Below, piece by piece: positions 26,812-35,503 of a DNA stretch of 64,000 nt; position 1 is the stretch's first letter, and every line of letters starts with the position of its first letter. The stretch spans positions 1 to 64,000 of the IMG/VR virus record IMGVR_UViG_3300032116_000122; one strand, 5' to 3'. The notes under the pieces are model-generated. The model saw only the letters and a list, made by a program, of their open reading frames with translations, had not been told where the DNA came from and ran no database searches. Made by a program: the position numbers and the translations under genes. The stretch comes from a virus.

Positions 26812-27918
26812 ATGGCATTACCCGCACCAGCAGGTGGAGCAATTACAGGTACAGCTACCGGTTCAGTGACCGGTTATACTGACGGTAGTTCCGCTCTATC
26901 TCCCGCAATCCAGCAAATTTGGTCAAAGGAAATCCTATTCCAGGCCATGCCCGTGCTTCGCTTTGAGCAGTTCGCTGTTAAGAAGACTGAACTCGGTGTC
27001 ATGCCCGGTTTGACCATCAACTTCATGCGTTACAACAACCTGTCAGTTGATGAGTCAGCAGGAGCAACCCTTAGCGAAGGTACCCGTATGGAGCCCGTCG
27101 CTTTGTCCGCAAGCCAAATTCAGATCACCGTAAGCGAGCATGGTAAGGCTGTTGCCGTTACCGAGTTGCTGCTCAACGCATCATTCGATGACGTTATGGC
27201 ATCAGCTTCTCGTCTACTTGGTCGTCACATGGCCCAGAGCATGGACATCCAGGCTCGCAACACCCTCTACAAGAACGGTGTACCGTTCGGTGGCGGATCA
27301 GCTGTTCCTCCAAGCGTTGTGTTTGGTCGTAATGCTGCTACCACCCGTGGAGCCATCAGCCCCTACGACGCTGGCACCCTAGGTTCAGCTTCTGCCCCCG
27401 GTTACCTCAGCCCCGCCTCCATCAAGGACGCAGTTGAAGTTCTCGCCGGTCAGAACATCCCCCGTTTGGGCGACACCTACGTCTGCTTCGTACACCCAAG
27501 CCAGAGCCGTTCACTCCGTGACTGGCCTGAGTTCATCGAAGTCACCAAGTACGCTGCCCCCGGCAACTTCATGCTTGGTGAAATCGGTCGTCTGTACGAC
27601 GTAGTGTTCATCGAAACCACTCAGGTTAAGAAGGGCTTGGACGCCACTGCTGCTTCCGCTCCTCTGTACGGAATGGGTTCAACACTAGACACCAGCGCTA
27701 CCTCTGGCTTCCAGGAAAACGCCGAGGCTTACAACGCCATCATGATCGGTGACAACGCTTTCGGTCACGCAATCAGCCTCCCGGTTGAGCTCCGTGACGG
27801 CGGTGTCATTGACTTCGGTCGTGAGCACGGTCTTGCCTGGTACGCCATCTGGGGATTCGGTGTAATCACCCACGAAAGCCGAGTAATTCTCAACACACTC
27901 GGTGGCGCAATTTCCTGA
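26812..27918 (+). CDS. Major capsid protein (N4 gp56-like)
   Basis: LSEG, EHGKAV, YVCFVHP, GEIGRLYDVVFIET; strong codon bias. Confidence 0.93.
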   Translation: MALPAPAGGAITGTATGSVTGYTDGSSALSPAIQQIWSKEILFQAMPVLRFEQFAVKKTELGVMPGLTINFMRYNNLSVDESAGATLSEGTRMEPVALSASQIQITVSEHGKAVAVTELLLNASFDDVMASASRLLGRHMAQSMDIQARNTLYKNGVPFGGGSAVPPSVVFGRNAATTRGAISPYDAGTLGSASAPGYLSPASIKDAVEVLAGQNIPRLGDTYVCFVHPSQSRSLRDWPEFIEVTKYAAPGNFMLGEIGRLYDVVFIETTQVKKGLDATAASAPLYGMGSTLDTSATSGFQENAEAYNAIMIGDNAFGHAISLPVELRDGGVIDFGREHGLAWYAIWGFGVITHESRVILNTLGGAIS

Positions 27919-27936
27919 ACTTAACGTTCAGATGAT

Positions 27937-27972
27937 GTAGTATGGTGGGGGGTAATTCCCCCACCATATTGC
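27937..27972 (+). terminator. Terminator after capsid gene
   Basis: gtagtatggtggggg/cccccaccatattgc stem then TTTAT. Confidence 0.8.
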
Positions 27973-28002
27973 TTTATATGGTAAAACTAAAAGGAGAACA
28001 CA

Positions 28003-28254
28003 ATGCCTCGTAAAATTACAACAACAACAAATTGGGCAGAACCCGCTGAAGAGCAGGATGAAGTAGTAATCGAAGAGCCCGTTACCGTCTCTAGCACGGA
28101 CGGGGACTTTGTTAAGGCCCGAGTAAAGGGAACCTGGCTCATGATCTGGGGACTAACAAGATTTGACTTCAAGGACGGCAAGACCTACAAGCTTCCAAAG
28201 GATCTTTTTAACTACCTTCGTGCAAACGGAAACATTTACGACACTATGGCTTGA
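28003..28254 (+). CDS. Small head-associated protein
   Basis: AAGGAG RBS; follows capsid gene. Confidence 0.7.
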   Translation: MPRKITTTTNWAEPAEEQDEVVIEEPVTVSSTDGDFVKARVKGTWLMIWGLTRFDFKDGKTYKLPKDLFNYLRANGNIYDTMA

Positions 28255-28261
28255 GGTGTAA

Positions 28262-29710
28262 ATGCCTTACATAATCCCTAACGCAACTGACGTTGACGGT
28301 ACTAAATTTATTGCCCTGGATCAAGCTGAACCAGACTCACTTGATTTTCAAATTTTGGGTGATAGATCTACTGGTGTATTGTCTGGGTGCGCAGTAACTT
28401 CCTCAACGTCATCTGGCTTAATTGCCATCGCTAGTGGATTTGTAGCCCTCAGAGGAGTAGTGTACGAAGTTTCTGGAGATGCTGGTAAGGCACTAAGCGC
28501 CGGTCCATCATCTGGATATAGGTTTGATGCTGTTGTTGTTAGGTGCACACCGGCAACAAACACTGCGACTATCACAATTATTGATGGTGTTCAAAGTGTT
28601 ACAAACCCAACTTATCCTAAGTCAGCAGCACGTCTGCTAACTACCACTGGGGTTAGCACATCTACGTACATCACAGAAGACGATGTTGTTTTGGCTATGG
28701 TGTTCCGTCAGGGAGCAACCTCTCCTTCAAACGCCAACATCGTTGACAAGCGTGTAAACGTCCCATCTACCACAAGCCTCCGTGGGAATGCAGTGCCGTC
28801 AAACGGTATTGGTTCAAACGGCGATTTTTACTATAAAAACGCTGTAGGCGCTAGTTCATCAGGTGTGTACGTTAAGCGTGATGGGGCATGGATTGAGCTC
28901 CTACTAAGTGAGGACTCTGGGTCAGTAACACCTATTGGGTCAATTATTATGTGGCCAAGTAACGCTACGAGCCCAAACCCTGCTGGTAAAACGTTTTGGC
29001 TAGAGTGTAATGGTCAGATGGTCTCAAAAGAGTCGTACGCTGCGTTGTACGGGCTTATAGGTGACGATTATGGATCAGAAACAACCACCCAATTTGCACT
29101 TCCAAATATGTACTCTTCGACATCAAAGTTTGTTACTGGTAACTCTACGGCGGGAATCGTTAGTGGAAGTTCAACAATATCCATTAGTGAGAACAACTTG
29201 CCCAGCCACACCCACAGTCTTGGGGCGCACACTCACACAATTGGTGATCACACACATAGTATTGCCCATGGTCATGGTTCTGGCAACACTGTCAATGGTG
29301 GGCAACACAGCCACCAACCCTTGGGTGGTCAAGACGAAACGCCGTCAGAAGGTATTGGGTTTGTTACTAGGCTTGGACAAGCAATTGCTGGAGTTCTATA
29401 CCCTAATACCTTAGGGTGGCTCAAAGGGTATGTAATACCTGGGTCAGCTACCGCTGATTTAGTTGCAGATGGGCTAACAGGTATTGTTGGTCAAGGAATG
29501 CAGGCACACTACACTCTCAATACCACTGAGCACTCCGGGCACACCCACGTGTTTGTTACTCCTGAACACTCAGGAACAAGTGGTTCCGTTGTAAACCAAG
29601 CATCCTCAACTGGGCCGTCAACCGGTGACACAGGTTCAACTGGTGGTTCAACCCCAATAACCCATGTGCAACCAAACATCAGTATGCGCTGGTTTATAAG
29701 AGCAAAATGA
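28262..29710 (+). CDS. Fibre protein with tail-collar domain
   Basis: PIGSIIMW, WLECNG, YAALYGLIG, FALPN, LPSHTH and HxH repeats. Confidence 0.85.
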   Translation: MPYIIPNATDVDGTKFIALDQAEPDSLDFQILGDRSTGVLSGCAVTSSTSSGLIAIASGFVALRGVVYEVSGDAGKALSAGPSSGYRFDAVVVRCTPATNTATITIIDGVQSVTNPTYPKSAARLLTTTGVSTSTYITEDDVVLAMVFRQGATSPSNANIVDKRVNVPSTTSLRGNAVPSNGIGSNGDFYYKNAVGASSSGVYVKRDGAWIELLLSEDSGSVTPIGSIIMWPSNATSPNPAGKTFWLECNGQMVSKESYAALYGLIGDDYGSETTTQFALPNMYSSTSKFVTGNSTAGIVSGSSTISISENNLPSHTHSLGAHTHTIGDHTHSIAHGHGSGNTVNGGQHSHQPLGGQDETPSEGIGFVTRLGQAIAGVLYPNTLGWLKGYVIPGSATADLVADGLTGIVGQGMQAHYTLNTTEHSGHTHVFVTPEHSGTSGSVVNQASSTGPSTGDTGSTGGSTPITHVQPNISMRWFIRAK

Positions 29711-29862
29711 CAGAAAAACTGCCTAAGCCATCTGGCACTGCCGACCAGATCAAGTTAAGGAAGGTAACCGCTGCTACGTCTATGCGTATAGAGCAGCCTG
29801 CGTTAAACCAACCTACACAAAAAACCGTCCCAGGCAAGGACTCAGCAGACACTCCGTCATAA
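29707..29862 (+). CDS. Small hypothetical protein (51 aa, not in ORF track)
   Basis: ATGA overlap; fills the intergenic gap. Confidence 0.55.
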   Translation: MTEKLPKPSGTADQIKLRKVTAATSMRIEQPALNQPTQKTVPGKDSADTPS

Positions 29863-29876
29863 GGTAAACTTATACC

Positions 29877-30677
29877 ATGGCAACATTAACAGACATTGAG
29901 AATATCGCAAGAACCTACCTCAGGGATTTCCCTAAGTTCTTTCAAACATCTTTTGATGTTGTCGGAAGAACCTATGATTTAAGCCATATCAATGTCGATT
30001 CAGAATCCTTATGGGTTGCCGTCTACACCACTGGATCTGGGTCTGCTTCTGCATTAAGTGCCTCTCAGTACTCTCTTGATGAGCGCAACGGAATACTGCG
30101 TTTAGCTAACACATATGCGTCAGGGACAAAAGTGCTGGTAGAAGGCTATTACTACGAGTGGGTTACGCCCACTGACCTTTCTTTCTACACCCAAAGGGCC
30201 CTAGAAAAGCACCTACATACCATCAACCTCTCTGTTGATCAGTTAGCTGATGTTGTAATTAATGCTATCGGTATAGCTGCAATTTGTGAGTGTCTGTGGG
30301 CTCTGATGACTGAGTACAGTCGAGACATTGACGTCATTACTTCTGAGTCAGTTCATATACCAGCAAGCCAGAGATTTAGAATGGTACAAGGTCTTCTAGC
30401 TCAGTGGGAAAAGGAATACGAACGACACGCAGCAAACCTAAACATTGGTTTTGACCGTCTTGAAGTTATGAACTTGCGAAGAGTGTCTAGAACAACCAAC
30501 AGGCTTGTCCCCTTGTACAAGCAGAAAGAGCTTGGCGACTTCTCCCCGATGGAACGACTATGGCCAGAAATTGACGATGGTATTGTTACCCCTGAGACTA
30601 AGGGTGACCGCCTTCGTGAAGATGTTTACATTGATACAACCCCGCCGTCAGGCGCTACTACTAACGCTTTCTACTGA
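29877..30677 (+). CDS. Head-tail adaptor
   Basis: Position; IDVITSESVHIPASQRF. Confidence 0.65.
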   Translation: MATLTDIENIARTYLRDFPKFFQTSFDVVGRTYDLSHINVDSESLWVAVYTTGSGSASALSASQYSLDERNGILRLANTYASGTKVLVEGYYYEWVTPTDLSFYTQRALEKHLHTINLSVDQLADVVINAIGIAAICECLWALMTEYSRDIDVITSESVHIPASQRFRMVQGLLAQWEKEYERHAANLNIGFDRLEVMNLRRVSRTTNRLVPLYKQKELGDFSPMERLWPEIDDGIVTPETKGDRLREDVYIDTTPPSGATTNAFY

Positions 30678-31219
30678 TGAATCTTCATACCGAACTTTCG
30701 TTAATAAATAAACACTTTAACAAACGCCACAAGGAGTCTGGGGAAGAGTTTATTGTCTGGTACGAGTTTGTTCCTCTAGGAACCTCTGCAACACTAAACA
30801 GTGTTTATGATGACGTGTACGATGAGTCACCATCAGGTTTAGGTGGCCGTAAATACAAGCCTGGTGTTGTCTTGCCGGTGCTCCTAGTCTCAGAGGCTGA
30901 GGATCAGCGTAGAGCTATTCCTGAGGGCCGGTTAACTCTAGAGACTATTGACGCTTTTATACCCATAAAAGCTATGCGAGATGCTGGTCTATCAAATGTC
31001 TGGGAATACAGAGAGCATCTAAATGATGTGTTTTCCTACGACGGTAGATTCTACTCAGTCTTTGATTACCGGGTTAGAGGTCGTCTAAAAGAGGAAGTGT
31101 TTGTGCTCTTACAAGGGCAAGAATTATACGTTGACCAGGAGTTTGTCAACGACGACACATTCCCAACACTTAGCAGTAACAACCTTCCATGGCCTACATC
31201 CTTACCTCAAATAGGGTAA
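30677..31219 (+). CDS. Head closure/stopper protein
   Basis: Position; YDDVYDE, DVFSYDGRFYSV. Confidence 0.6.
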   Translation: MNLHTELSLINKHFNKRHKESGEEFIVWYEFVPLGTSATLNSVYDDVYDESPSGLGGRKYKPGVVLPVLLVSEAEDQRRAIPEGRLTLETIDAFIPIKAMRDAGLSNVWEYREHLNDVFSYDGRFYSVFDYRVRGRLKEEVFVLLQGQELYVDQEFVNDDTFPTLSSNNLPWPTSLPQIG

Positions 31220-31279
31220 AATTAAGATAGTTATGGCGAGCGCCATAGCATCCAACGCCTAGAACTGTAAGGAGACCCA

Positions 31280-31693
31280 ATGATTGGGAATTCTAAATCT
31301 GTGTCTTCTGATTTCAGTTCTGACGCTCAAGTATCTAAACCAAAGCCCAGAATGCCGTGGGCTGTTCATAGTTTTATTTCTAAACTAGGCGAATTCCATA
31401 ATGCTGTGGATAGAGCCGTTGCCGAGTATCAGAAGGAAGTACGCCAAGATGCTTCTGCCGACTGGGGTGACGTAGCCAACACAATAATTGTTGAATTTGA
31501 TAAAGAAAAAATGATGGTTAGTATCTACTCGCCCCACCCTGACGCAACATTGTTGGAGTACGGTACACCAGAACTACCACCAGCACCTGTTATACGTATG
31601 GCTTCTATCCGGGCTCAGGAAAAGTTAGTTCCACTAATTAAAGAAGAACTTTCTAAATTAGGGTTATCGAGGGGTAGTGGGCATGCCAAATAA
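31280..31693 (+). CDS. Neck/tail completion protein (HK97 gp10-like)
   Basis: LEYGT...PPAPVIR. Confidence 0.6.
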   Translation: MIGNSKSVSSDFSSDAQVSKPKPRMPWAVHSFISKLGEFHNAVDRAVAEYQKEVRQDASADWGDVANTIIVEFDKEKMMVSIYSPHPDATLLEYGTPELPPAPVIRMASIRAQEKLVPLIKEELSKLGLSRGSGHAK

Positions 31694-32381
31694 AGGGTTC
31701 TTGCTCGCAGAAGATGCTGCGGTTAAAAACCGATTCAGCAACCTAACTGTGTCTGATGACAGAGATGCCAGCCGAGCAGTTCAGGTGTTCTTTAGATACC
31801 CAGAGGGCGAAACCGAAAAGGCATACCCTTTTATAACTGTTGAAATGGTGGGCATGTCTCATGACACCCGTAGACAGCTATCTGAAACGACGATGTATTA
31901 CAGCAATAGTGCTTCGGCATCAAGTAAGCCTAATTACATTAATTATTATCCATCAGAACTGACCGAATCTGAGATGTCTTCTATGGTTACTAACTCTAAT
32001 GTTTTAGCTGTACACTCGTTTATACCAGTTAACCTGGTATACCAAATAACTACTCACACCAGAAGTGCTCTACACGACAGACAACTTTCAAGTAAAATAC
32101 TACGCAGAGTAGTGCCCTTTAGGCAGGGCTTTATAGAAATACCTGAAGATGGTACTATTAGAAGGTTTGATTTACTGTCGTGGTCTACCGCAGACCTTTT
32201 GGACAGAGAATCTGGTTATAGAAAACGCATATTTAGAAAGATGTTTACAATTCAAATGAACGCTGAGATAGCTGCAACAGACCTGACATCTGTCAAGAAG
32301 GTAGCATCTGTAGTTGGTAATATATATGATAACGATACGGCAATTCACACCCTAACACCCCAAATTTCAGAGGAGTTTTAA
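31683..32381 (+). CDS. Tail terminator/sheath stabiliser
   Basis: YPFITVE; immediately upstream of sheath. Confidence 0.65.
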   Translation: MPNKGFLLAEDAAVKNRFSNLTVSDDRDASRAVQVFFRYPEGETEKAYPFITVEMVGMSHDTRRQLSETTMYYSNSASASSKPNYINYYPSELTESEMSSMVTNSNVLAVHSFIPVNLVYQITTHTRSALHDRQLSSKILRRVVPFRQGFIEIPEDGTIRRFDLLSWSTADLLDRESGYRKRIFRKMFTIQMNAEIAATDLTSVKKVASVVGNIYDNDTAIHTLTPQISEEF

Positions 32382-33902
32382 ATGCCTGAATATAAGAATC
32401 CAGGAGTATACGTATCCGAATCGGCATTCTTGCCGAAGGTTCGTAGAGGAGTAACCTCAAGATCAGCAGCTGCTTTCTTTGGTGAAGCATCGCGAGGACC
32501 CTCAGCCGCAACCCTAGTACAGTCATGGTCTGAGTACAAGACACTCTATGGTGATCTTTCACAAACCTCTGACCTTGGATTTGGTGTTTACCATTACTTT
32601 GCAAACGGTGGTAGAGACGCATGGATCACCAGAGTTATCGGTAGCACTGCTGTAACAGCAACAGCTACAGTTGCTTACTACCCCAATGGTTCTGGTCAAG
32701 CATCCGCCACCTTGTTTACTGCTTCTGCAAAGAGTAAGGGTGCCTGGGGTAACAGCCTTACCCTAGAGTTTTCAAACGGAAACACCGCCGCCTCGTCAAC
32801 GGTTATGCCCACCTTTAACTTGGTAATCAAGCTGAGCGGCGAAGAAGTAGAACGATGGAACGACTTGTCTCCAGACATTGCCAGTAGCCGGTATTTTGTT
32901 ACTATCCTTAATAACTACTCAAGCTACATCACAAGTGTTGCTGCCGGTGCAGGAATTGTAGCCAACTCTAGCTGGGTGTATAACTCAGTAGCAACCACAT
33001 TTACAAGTGGTTCAAACGGAAGCGCAGTGCAGGACTCAGACTACGTGACGGCCCTTAGTCAGCTAGATTCAGTAGAAGGTGTGTTGCTACTTAACGCCGT
33101 TAATAAAACTTCAGCAACTGTTATTAACCAGTTTCTTGCAAAGGCAGAATCACGAGGAAACTCCTTTGTAATTATCGACCCAGACATGACCGCTGTTGAT
33201 GTATCCACCATTGGTGGTTCAGTAGTAGGAAGCTACACTAGTTCAAACTACGGGGCTGTGTACTACCCGCATCTAACCATGGTTGACCCATCCAAGACTG
33301 GGCCAGGAGCAGTTAGAGCCACTGCACCAGGTGGTGCAATCGCTGGAGTATATGTTCGCACCGAGATTGAACGCAACGTTGCTAAGAGCCCAGCTGGCTA
33401 CAACGTTACTGTTCGTAACTCACTGGGTCTTGGTACTTCATTTACCGAAGCTCAAACAGGTACGCTCTACTCAACATACAACGTTAACGTGTTGAAGGCT
33501 GTTCCTGGTGGTGGGATCATTATCAACGGAGCCCGCACTCTAGACAAATCAGCTCCTGGTAAGTTCATCTCTGCACGTAGAACCCTAAACTACTTGAAGC
33601 AAGTGCTTAAAGAAGGCACTGAGTCTGCTGTGTTTGAGCCAAACGACGCTCGACTTTGGGACCAACTCACTGGATCTGTCTCCGCACTACTTGGAGAGTT
33701 CTGGCGCCAAGGTGGTCTTAAGGGCAAGAATGCCTCAGAGGCTTACTACGTAATTTGTGATGAGTCAAACAACACGGCTGTAACCGTTGATAATGGTGAA
33801 GTACATATCGAGGTTGGTGTTGCTCTGCAGTATCCAGCCGAATTTGTGGTAATAAACCTGTCCCAATGGACCGGTGGTTCAAACGCAACAGAGACACTCT
33901 GA
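32382..33902 (+). CDS. Tail sheath protein
   Basis: PGVYVSE, YFANGG, AVYYP, RRTL, VFEPND, PAEFVVI. Confidence 0.95.
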   Translation: MPEYKNPGVYVSESAFLPKVRRGVTSRSAAAFFGEASRGPSAATLVQSWSEYKTLYGDLSQTSDLGFGVYHYFANGGRDAWITRVIGSTAVTATATVAYYPNGSGQASATLFTASAKSKGAWGNSLTLEFSNGNTAASSTVMPTFNLVIKLSGEEVERWNDLSPDIASSRYFVTILNNYSSYITSVAAGAGIVANSSWVYNSVATTFTSGSNGSAVQDSDYVTALSQLDSVEGVLLLNAVNKTSATVINQFLAKAESRGNSFVIIDPDMTAVDVSTIGGSVVGSYTSSNYGAVYYPHLTMVDPSKTGPGAVRATAPGGAIAGVYVRTEIERNVAKSPAGYNVTVRNSLGLGTSFTEAQTGTLYSTYNVNVLKAVPGGGIIINGARTLDKSAPGKFISARRTLNYLKQVLKEGTESAVFEPNDARLWDQLTGSVSALLGEFWRQGGLKGKNASEAYYVICDESNNTAVTVDNGEVHIEVGVALQYPAEFVVINLSQWTGGSNATETL

Positions 33903-33919
33903 TAAGGAGAGATGATTAA

Positions 33920-34537
33920 ATGGCACGTTCAGCGAGCACAGATCCGGTAAGGAACTTTAAGTTCCAAGTCCAAATTCAACCAACTAGTAACACACGACTT
34001 GCTACTGTCCTTAGCGGCATTGGAGATCTCGGGTTTGCTGCTATGACTGGTGTTTCAGTCCAGCACCAAATGGTTGGTTACCGTGAGGGTGGTATGAACA
34101 CCCACACCCATAAGCTAGTCGGACAATCCGACTTTGGACCAGTAACATTCAGTCGTGGTGTAATTGCTGAGCAAAGCCACCTCTGGAAGTGGTCTGAGTT
34201 TATCCACTCTTGGAACCAGGCCGCTGGTAACTCGGGTTCAGACTCAACTGTTGCCAACGGTAATGACTACCGGTGTCACATTCTAGTGCGGGTTTTTGAC
34301 CACCCACACTCAGTAGGAAACTACCAGGAATCTGGCGTTGTTTCTTCAGCAGCAACCAACCTTGGTAAAGCTCGGCTTGGAATTAAGCTGTTCAACTGCT
34401 GGCCAGGAGCCTACACACTAAGTGATCTCTCAGCTGGTGACTCAGGCATCGTTGTACAACAATTGACTGTTCACCACGAGGGATTTAAACTTGCATGGAC
34501 AGAGACTGATATTACTGCTCTAGCAAGCGTTAACTGA
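33920..34537 (+). CDS. Tail tube protein (T4 gp19-like)
   Basis: DPVRNFKFQV, YREGG, GPVTFSRGV, NCWP, LTVHHEG. Confidence 0.92.
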   Translation: MARSASTDPVRNFKFQVQIQPTSNTRLATVLSGIGDLGFAAMTGVSVQHQMVGYREGGMNTHTHKLVGQSDFGPVTFSRGVIAEQSHLWKWSEFIHSWNQAAGNSGSDSTVANGNDYRCHILVRVFDHPHSVGNYQESGVVSSAATNLGKARLGIKLFNCWPGAYTLSDLSAGDSGIVVQQLTVHHEGFKLAWTETDITALASVN

Positions 34538-34560
34538 TTTAACTAAATAAGGAGAACAAA

Positions 34561-35355
34561 TTGGAAAAGTCAATAGAAGTTGAGTCGTTAGACCACGCGT
34601 TTAAAGACCCCGCTCCATCAATAGCCACACCAGAGACAGTTATCGTTGAACTTCATAGGGGTTTGCTAAACCCAAACACCGGGCAATGGCAAACAACGGC
34701 AGAGGTGCGCGAGCTAACTGGCAAGGATGAGGAGTTCTTAGCTTCTCTTGAAAGCAACAAAACTATAACGTACGCAATGTACGTCAATCAGTTGGTCAGT
34801 AGAGCTACTGTGAGAATTGGTGACACCTTGATCCAAGGCCACAAGGCGTTGATTGAAGACCTAATTACCGGCGACAGAGACACCCTTTTGTTGGGGATTA
34901 TCAAAGCCACCTATGGTCCTGAGCGTACATTTAACTACCCGTGTAACGCTTGTAGAACACCAAACTCGATAACTATCGAACTTGATAAAGACTTCCCAAT
35001 TCAAGAATCCGAAGAGAATTTAAGAGAGCCATTTGAAGTAACATTCAAAAATGGCACCAAGGTAAAGTTTAAGTACCCAGTTGGCTCCGACAACATTGCT
35101 ATGGGCAAAGCTGAAACTACAGCTCAACAGAGTACAATTTTAATTTCTCGTTGTGTTGTTTGGCCGGAGCACAGAGATTCTCTGTACAACGAAGAGTGGG
35201 CCAAGAACCTATCTATGAACGATAGAAACCTAGTATTAAGAGCCCTCCTTTCACCAAAGGTTGGGCCTAAGCTTGGGGAGGTGAATACCCAGTGCGCACA
35301 TTGTGGCGCTGATATAAACATCAATATCGACTGGGTATCCCTTCTACTCGCCTAA
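34561..35355 (+). CDS. Tail assembly chaperone / T4 gp26-like hub assembly protein
   Basis: VRELTGKDEE, GDRD.LL..I...TYG, two CxxC; TTG start with AAGGAG. Confidence 0.8.
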   Translation: MEKSIEVESLDHAFKDPAPSIATPETVIVELHRGLLNPNTGQWQTTAEVRELTGKDEEFLASLESNKTITYAMYVNQLVSRATVRIGDTLIQGHKALIEDLITGDRDTLLLGIIKATYGPERTFNYPCNACRTPNSITIELDKDFPIQESEENLREPFEVTFKNGTKVKFKYPVGSDNIAMGKAETTAQQSTILISRCVVWPEHRDSLYNEEWAKNLSMNDRNLVLRALLSPKVGPKLGEVNTQCAHCGADININIDWVSLLLA

Positions 35356-35503
35356 TCTAAAAAGTATATACTGGGAATACGAAGGCGTGGCCTCTGTCTA
35401 CAAAGGGTTTAGTTTAAACGACATACGGGACATGAGTGTCCGACAAAGAGATTTTTGGTTTCGTATGGCTAAGTGGCGACTAACGGATGGAGGTGGTGGT
35501 TAA
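35318..35503 (+). CDS. +1-frame extension of the chaperone (probable frameshift product)
   Basis: Open +1 frame PFYSPNLKSIYWEYEGVASVYKGFSLNDIRDMSVRQRDFWFRMAKWRLTDGGGG with no early start or RBS; stop overlaps tape-measure ATG. Confidence 0.65.
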   Translation, partial: TSISTGYPFYSPNLKSIYWEYEGVASVYKGFSLNDIRDMSVRQRDFWFRMAKWRLTDGGGG

